A stretch of 43,167 nucleotides of DNA from Desulfarculaceae bacterium (GTDB lineage: Bacteria; Desulfobacterota; Desulfarculia; Desulfarculales; Desulfarculaceae), in the NCBI GenBank assembly GCA_050116255.1, contig JASFOZ010000001.1:1-43167 (forward strand), read 5' to 3'. The position numbers and the translations under genes were made by a program. Shown here piece after piece: positions 38,833 to 43,167 of this stretch. The notes under the pieces were generated by a model. That model did no database searches, was not told the DNA's origin, and saw only the letters and a list, made by a program, of their open reading frames with translations. Every line of letters begins with the position of its first letter. Positions within the stretch are counted from its first letter, which is position 1.

Positions 38833-40326
38833 ATGCTTAGAGAACGGATCCGCTACGCACCTCTGCAAGACAAAATCACCGATCCCCCGGCGGCGGCAAG
38901 CTACATAAAAGACGGCATCAATCTTTTTATCTCAGGATTCACTGGCGGCTACCCCAAGTTGATTCCACAGGAATTGGTTAACCGCGCCAAAGCCGGCGAA
39001 AAGTTTAAGATAAACCTATTTGCCGGCGCCTCCACCGGCGACCAGGTGGACGGCGTATTGGCCCAGGCGGACCTGGTGGCCTGGCGTCGTCCCTATATGA
39101 GCGACCGCCACATGCGCCAAAAGATCAACCTGGAGCAGATTTTCTTTAAGGACGATCACCTCTCCAGCTTATCGGCCTCGGTGCGGGCCGGGGCCTGGGG
39201 CAGCGTGGACGTGGCCGTGGTGGAGGCGGTGGCCATAACTGAAAAGGGGCATTTGGTGCCCCCCCTGTCCGTGGGCAACACGCCCACTTATGTACAGCAG
39301 GCAGAGAAAATAATCATCGAGATGAATGAGTTTCAACCCGCCGATATTGAGGGAATTCATGATATCTTCATTCCCGAGGACCCTCCCTATTGTATGCCCA
39401 TTCCCATTTACCGGGCTGGAGACCGGATCGGCAAGCCTTTCATCGAGATGGACCCTCACCGGGTGGTGGCTATTCTCTTCAGTAAAGAACAGGATAGTTG
39501 CCCCATCTTTACCGAGCCCGACCAGGGTTCAAAGTTGATCGCCGAACAGGTGTTGGATTTTGTGAAGCACGAAATAAAAAAGGGCCGTCTGCCGGCCAAC
39601 GTGCCTTGGCAGTCGGGCGTGGGGGACGTGGCCAATGCAGTGTTGTCCGGTTTTATTGAGGATGATTTTTTCAAGGACCTCAACTTTTACTCGGAGGTGT
39701 TGCAGGATGCGATCCTGCAACTGATCGATATGGACAAGGTCAACATCGCCTCGGGCTCGGCCTTGACCTTGTCTGAAAAGGCGCGGGCACACTTTTTCCA
39801 ACATCTGTCCCAGTACAAAGACAATATCGTGCTCAGGCCGGTGGAGATATCCAATGCTCCGGAAGTGATCCGCCGCCTGGGGGTTGTGGCCATAAACACC
39901 GCCATGGAGATCGACATCTATGGCCAGGTCAACTCCACCCATGTCATGGGGTCCCAACTGATGAACGGCATCGGCGGTTCCGGGGATTTTGAGCGCAACG
40001 GCATTCTTTCCTTTATGGTGACTCCTTCCATAGCCAAGGAGGGACGCATCTCCTGCATCGTTCCCATGGTCAGCCATGTGGACCATTCCGAACATTCGGT
40101 GGATGTGATCGTGACTGAAAACGGGCTGGTGGATACCCGCTCCTTGACTCCCCGGCAGGTGGCCGAGGCTGTAATTAAAAAGTGCGCCCACCCCGAGTAC
40201 CGGGACCTGCTCTGGGACTATTACCAACGGGCGGTTAAAAAGAGGCAAGGGCATGAACCGCACCTGTTGGAGGAGGTTTTTTCTTTTCATGCCAGATACT
40301 TGGAAACGGGAGATATGAGGCCTTAA
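38833..40326 (+). CDS. acetyl-CoA hydrolase/transferase family protein (succinate/acetate CoA-transferase type)
   Basis: 497 aa. AGASTGD, EVLQDA and NGIGGSGDFERN are typical of the Ach1/Cat1/AarC family. ATG 38833 with AGGAG (38819-38823). Confidence 0.9.
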   Translation: MLRERIRYAPLQDKITDPPAAASYIKDGINLFISGFTGGYPKLIPQELVNRAKAGEKFKINLFAGASTGDQVDGVLAQADLVAWRRPYMSDRHMRQKINLEQIFFKDDHLSSLSASVRAGAWGSVDVAVVEAVAITEKGHLVPPLSVGNTPTYVQQAEKIIIEMNEFQPADIEGIHDIFIPEDPPYCMPIPIYRAGDRIGKPFIEMDPHRVVAILFSKEQDSCPIFTEPDQGSKLIAEQVLDFVKHEIKKGRLPANVPWQSGVGDVANAVLSGFIEDDFFKDLNFYSEVLQDAILQLIDMDKVNIASGSALTLSEKARAHFFQHLSQYKDNIVLRPVEISNAPEVIRRLGVVAINTAMEIDIYGQVNSTHVMGSQLMNGIGGSGDFERNGILSFMVTPSIAKEGRISCIVPMVSHVDHSEHSVDVIVTENGLVDTRSLTPRQVAEAVIKKCAHPEYRDLLWDYYQRAVKKRQGHEPHLLEEVFSFHARYLETGDMRP

Positions 40327-40442
40327 TTTTTCGATGACAACCGGGCTTCCAGGGAGTAGGATCACTCGGCTGCTGGATGGGCTGGGATTGTGGCAGGGTT
40401 GGGCTGCCGCGAAAATGGCTTGGAAAATCGGGAGATAGGCCG

Positions 40443-41006
40443 ATGCTGGTCCCCAAACATATCTATCTGACCAAGGGTAAGGGCATACACCGGGAGAAGC
40501 TGGCCAGTTTTGAGTTGGCCCTGAGGGGTGCAGGCATCGCCGCCCAGAACCTGGTTTACGTGTCCAGCATTTTCCCCCCCCATGCCGACTTGATCTCCCG
40601 GCGCAAGGGCGAGGCGATGTTGGTGCCGGGACAGATTCTTTTCTGCGTCATGGCCCGCAACCAGACCAATGAGCCCTATCGCCTGATCTCCTCCTCCATT
40701 GGCCTGGCCTTGCCGGCGGATAACAACCTATACGGCTATCTTTCCGAACACGAAGGCTACGGCCAGAACGCCCGTGCCTCCGGCGACTATGCCGAAGATT
40801 TGGCTGCCGAGATGTTGGCCAACACCCTGGGCGTTGAGTTTGATGTGGACCAGAGCTGGGACGAGAAGCGTCAGGTCTTCCGTATGTCCGGCAAGATCGT
40901 GCGCACCCGCAATATTACCCAGACCGCCAATGGGCCCCAAGACGGCAAATGGGTCACCACCGTGGCGGCTGCGGTCATGGTCATGTCTTGGCAGAATCGG
41001 CACTAA
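40443..41006 (+). CDS. pdaD: pyruvoyl-dependent arginine decarboxylase
   Basis: 187 aa from Met23 of the track ORF. LTKGKG...FELALRGAGIAAQNLVYVSSIFPP carries the Ser-Ser self-cleavage site (codons 40563-40568). Confidence 0.88.
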   Translation: MLVPKHIYLTKGKGIHREKLASFELALRGAGIAAQNLVYVSSIFPPHADLISRRKGEAMLVPGQILFCVMARNQTNEPYRLISSSIGLALPADNNLYGYLSEHEGYGQNARASGDYAEDLAAEMLANTLGVEFDVDQSWDEKRQVFRMSGKIVRTRNITQTANGPQDGKWVTTVAAAVMVMSWQNRH

Positions 41007-41127
41007 TATCCAGCCCGGATTTTTCTTCAAGGCCTTGTTTATCCCAAGCCGGCTTATGACATAGCTGCGGCCGGCTCAGGGGCAAAAAGCCGGGGCCGCT
41101 CCGCCGATGAAGCTACGCCAGCGGGGA

Positions 41128-41385
41128 TTACCGGCCTTTAGCAGTCCGGCCTTCCCAGGCATATTTGAAGATGGTGTATAGAATTTTGATTCCGGCGTTG
41201 ACCACGCCCTTGAAGGTGCCGGAGATATGGGACTGGCCGATGCGGCGCCGGTAATCCACCGGCACTTCCAAGGTGCGCAGGTTTTGCCTGGCCGCCTTTA
41301 TCTGCATCTCCACGGTCCAGCCGTAGTTTTGGTCGCGCATATGCAGGCGTTTCTTCGGGAGAAATGCCTGGCGAATCCTGCTGTT
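41128..41385 (-). pseudogene. C-terminal remnant of a family 2 glycosyltransferase
   Basis: IRQAFLPKKRLHMRDQNYGWTVEMQIKAARQNLRTLEVPVDYRRRIGQSHISG matches the C-terminal third of DPM-synthase-like GT2 enzymes. The N-terminal catalytic domain is absent, there is no SD, and it abuts the sdaA stop in the same frame. Confidence 0.55.
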
Positions 41386-42975
41386 TCAGCCGTTGTTGGG
41401 GTCAGCCGGATTGGATGAGGGGCCGGGGCCCAAGGCCTTTGCCGCCGGGGTGACGGCCAAGCCGCCGCAGGCGGTGCATCTCAGCTCTGCCGGGAGGCTG
41501 CATCCCACCGCCAGGGAGGCATCCACAGTCTGGTCCAAGGGTATGGGGTTTTCATATCCGCCCAGGATCAAGTCGGCGCAGACAAAGGCCGAGGCCGCGG
41601 CAGCGGCATTGCGGGTGTGGCAGGGAACCTCCACCGCGCCCTGGACCGGGTCGCACACCAAGCCCACGGTGTTCTGTAAGGCAATCGCCGCCGCCTGGCA
41701 GGCCTGGCCGGCGCTGCCGCCCACAGCCTCCACCACCGCGGCAGCGGCCATGGCCCCGGCAAGGCCTATCTCCACCTGGCAGCCGGCCACCTCGGCGGCA
41801 AAGGTGCCCCCTTGCCAGAGAAAGATAAGGCCCACCGCTCCGGCGGCAAAGAGCGCTTTTATAATGCGGTCTGGATCCAAATTTTTCTCCTGGGCCAGGG
41901 TAGAAAGGGCCCCGGGAAGCACCCCGCAGGAGCCCCCGGTGGGGGCGGCGCAGACCAGGCCCATGGCCGAGTTCACCTCCATCACCGCCAGGGTCCGGGC
42001 CGCTGCCCGGGCCGCCGTCCCGCCCAGGGCCAGCTCTCCCCGGGCCTCAGCCTGGAAAACCTTATGCGCCGAAGGCTGGAGCACGTGCATGTCCGGCAGC
42101 TCTCTGGACTCGGCTAACCCTTGAGCTACGGCGCTCTGCATGATCTCCCATCTGGCGGCCATCTGACTGACGACCTCTTCGCGGGACAGGCCCAATAGCT
42201 CCTGCTCATACCTTAGGGCGGCTTCGCCCAGGGATACCCTCTGCTGCCGGGTCCAGGTGGTCAGGGACTCCACCCCCTCAAATAGGGGCTGTCCCTGGAT
42301 GACGAACAAGAGCGGCTCAGCAGTCCAATACCCGTCTACGAAACGAGACGCCTTCAGTTCCGAGGCTGCCTGCGGGTCCAGGCCTGTGCGCCTGCGGACC
42401 TGCACCAAGGTTTGCAGGCCCTGGTTCAGAATTAAGGGACTTTGGACCAACTGGCCCTCAGCGGCGGCTGCCTCCAGCACCGAGTCCACGTATTCGGGCT
42501 TGGTCAAAACCACCACTTCGTGGGCCTGGCCGTCCATCTCCAGGGACCAGCCCTCCAACTCCACCAGCCTGAATGCCCCGCCGCCCACTGATTGGGCCAG
42601 CAATCGGATCTGTTTGCCCGTTTGTCCGCTGAGGTTAAGTTCCACGGTGTTGGGGTGGCTGGGGCCGGAGAGCTTGCCCAGCTTGAAACGGATCTCCAGC
42701 TTCTGGGCCGGAGCAAGGCCTAGGGCCGCAAAGAAACGGGGGTCTGTCAGCTCCCAGCCCAGGAGCCCGCAGGCAAAGGCCAGGTCGCTGCCCTGCTGTT
42801 TGTAGACCTGGGCGTAGGAGCCGTGACGGTCGAATATGATTGCGGCCTGGACCGGCGGTTCCCCCAACAGGCTGCGGGCCAAAAGCCCGATGCGGTTGGA
42901 GGCGGCGGTGTGTGAGCTGGAAGGCCCGTGCATCACCGGCCCCACCACGTCATTTAGAATGCTGGTGGGTTTCAT
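41386..42975 (-). CDS. sdaA: L-serine ammonia-lyase, iron-sulfur-dependent, single chain
   Basis: N-terminus VVGPVMHGPSSSHTAA. The C-terminal half has the SdaAA-type blocks NSAMGLVCAAPTGGSCGVLPGA, AGCQVEIGLAGAMAAAA and GLVCDPVQGAVEVPCHTRNA. Confidence 0.9.
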   Translation of the reverse strand: MKPTSILNDVVGPVMHGPSSSHTAASNRIGLLARSLLGEPPVQAAIIFDRHGSYAQVYKQQGSDLAFACGLLGWELTDPRFFAALGLAPAQKLEIRFKLGKLSGPSHPNTVELNLSGQTGKQIRLLAQSVGGGAFRLVELEGWSLEMDGQAHEVVVLTKPEYVDSVLEAAAAEGQLVQSPLILNQGLQTLVQVRRRTGLDPQAASELKASRFVDGYWTAEPLLFVIQGQPLFEGVESLTTWTRQQRVSLGEAALRYEQELLGLSREEVVSQMAARWEIMQSAVAQGLAESRELPDMHVLQPSAHKVFQAEARGELALGGTAARAAARTLAVMEVNSAMGLVCAAPTGGSCGVLPGALSTLAQEKNLDPDRIIKALFAAGAVGLIFLWQGGTFAAEVAGCQVEIGLAGAMAAAAVVEAVGGSAGQACQAAAIALQNTVGLVCDPVQGAVEVPCHTRNAAAAASAFVCADLILGGYENPIPLDQTVDASLAVGCSLPAELRCTACGGLAVTPAAKALGPGPSSNPADPNNG

Positions 42976-42982
42976 AAAGGAT

Positions 42983-43167
42983 CAGCCACTGGCCTCATCC
43001 GGCTGGGGGATGCCGAAACTGCAGGGCATGTTTACCTGGCATTTGGCGCAGACATGGGTGGTGTCGGGCAGGTCCTGGAAATATTTCAGGCGGGCCCAAT
43101 TGAACTTCAGCCGCTCGAAACACTGGGGCCGGTCCAGGCCGTCCTTGGTGAGGGCGGCCACAGGGCA
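42983..43167 (-). CDS. 3' end of an edge-truncated CDS, probable Fe-S (ferredoxin-motif) protein
   Basis: The minus-strand frame is open to the window edge with strong GC3 bias. It reads CPVAALTKDGLDRPQCFERL...HVCAKCQVNMPCSFGIPQPDEASG, with stop TGA at 42983-42985, 7 nt before sdaA. Not in the ORF track because it is short and lacks a start. Confidence 0.5.

Overview
This 43.2-kb window is visibly GC-rich and densely coding. It looks like core chromosome from an anaerobic, Desulfobacterota-like (deltaproteobacterial) Gram-negative bacterium; that taxonomic guess is an inference from gene content only. I support about 40 protein-coding genes and no rRNA, tRNA, CRISPR array, transposase, integrase or phage gene.

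Gene content, left to right:
- rfaE2 (heptose-1-P adenylyltransferase) and comF.
- A YkgJ Cys-cluster protein and an AcuC/HDAC-type deacetylase.
- A yqeY-mutS2-dnaG-rpoD block.
- A P1/DmpA peptidase.
- A mannosylglycerate-synthase-like GT-A glycosyltransferase followed by an orphan receiver domain.
- A five-gene LIV-type ABC importer.
- Lipoproteins, an AEC transporter and a phytase-like lipoprotein.
- A PaaI thioesterase.
- A tight gdhA / PPDK_N-only protein / exported-protein operon.
- comB coupled to a transglutaminase-TPR lipoprotein.
- An orphan 425-aa secreted beta-propeller-like protein.
- An envelope/LPS group: GT9 heptosyltransferase, PAP2 phosphatase, solitary LptF/G permease, GT39 ArnT-like transferase.
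- An IscA/HesB-like protein.
- Acetoacetyl-CoA synthetase, an acetyl-CoA hydrolase/transferase-family CoA-transferase, pyruvoyl arginine decarboxylase and single-chain L-serine dehydratase.

I did not find a convincing novel multi-gene system of the defence-island or mobile-element kind. The most second-look-worthy items are:
- the stand-alone secreted 425-aa protein, bracketed by unusually long AT-richer spacers;
- the TTGA-overlapped gdhA / swivel-less PPDK_N protein / exported protein operon;
- a 539-bp divergent spacer with an orphan tandem stem-loop pair upstream of acetoacetyl-CoA synthetase;
- two apparent gene remnants: a GT2 C-terminus in frame behind the sdaA stop, and a DUF169-like N-terminus.

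All functional calls rest on motif recognition by eye. No database search was run.
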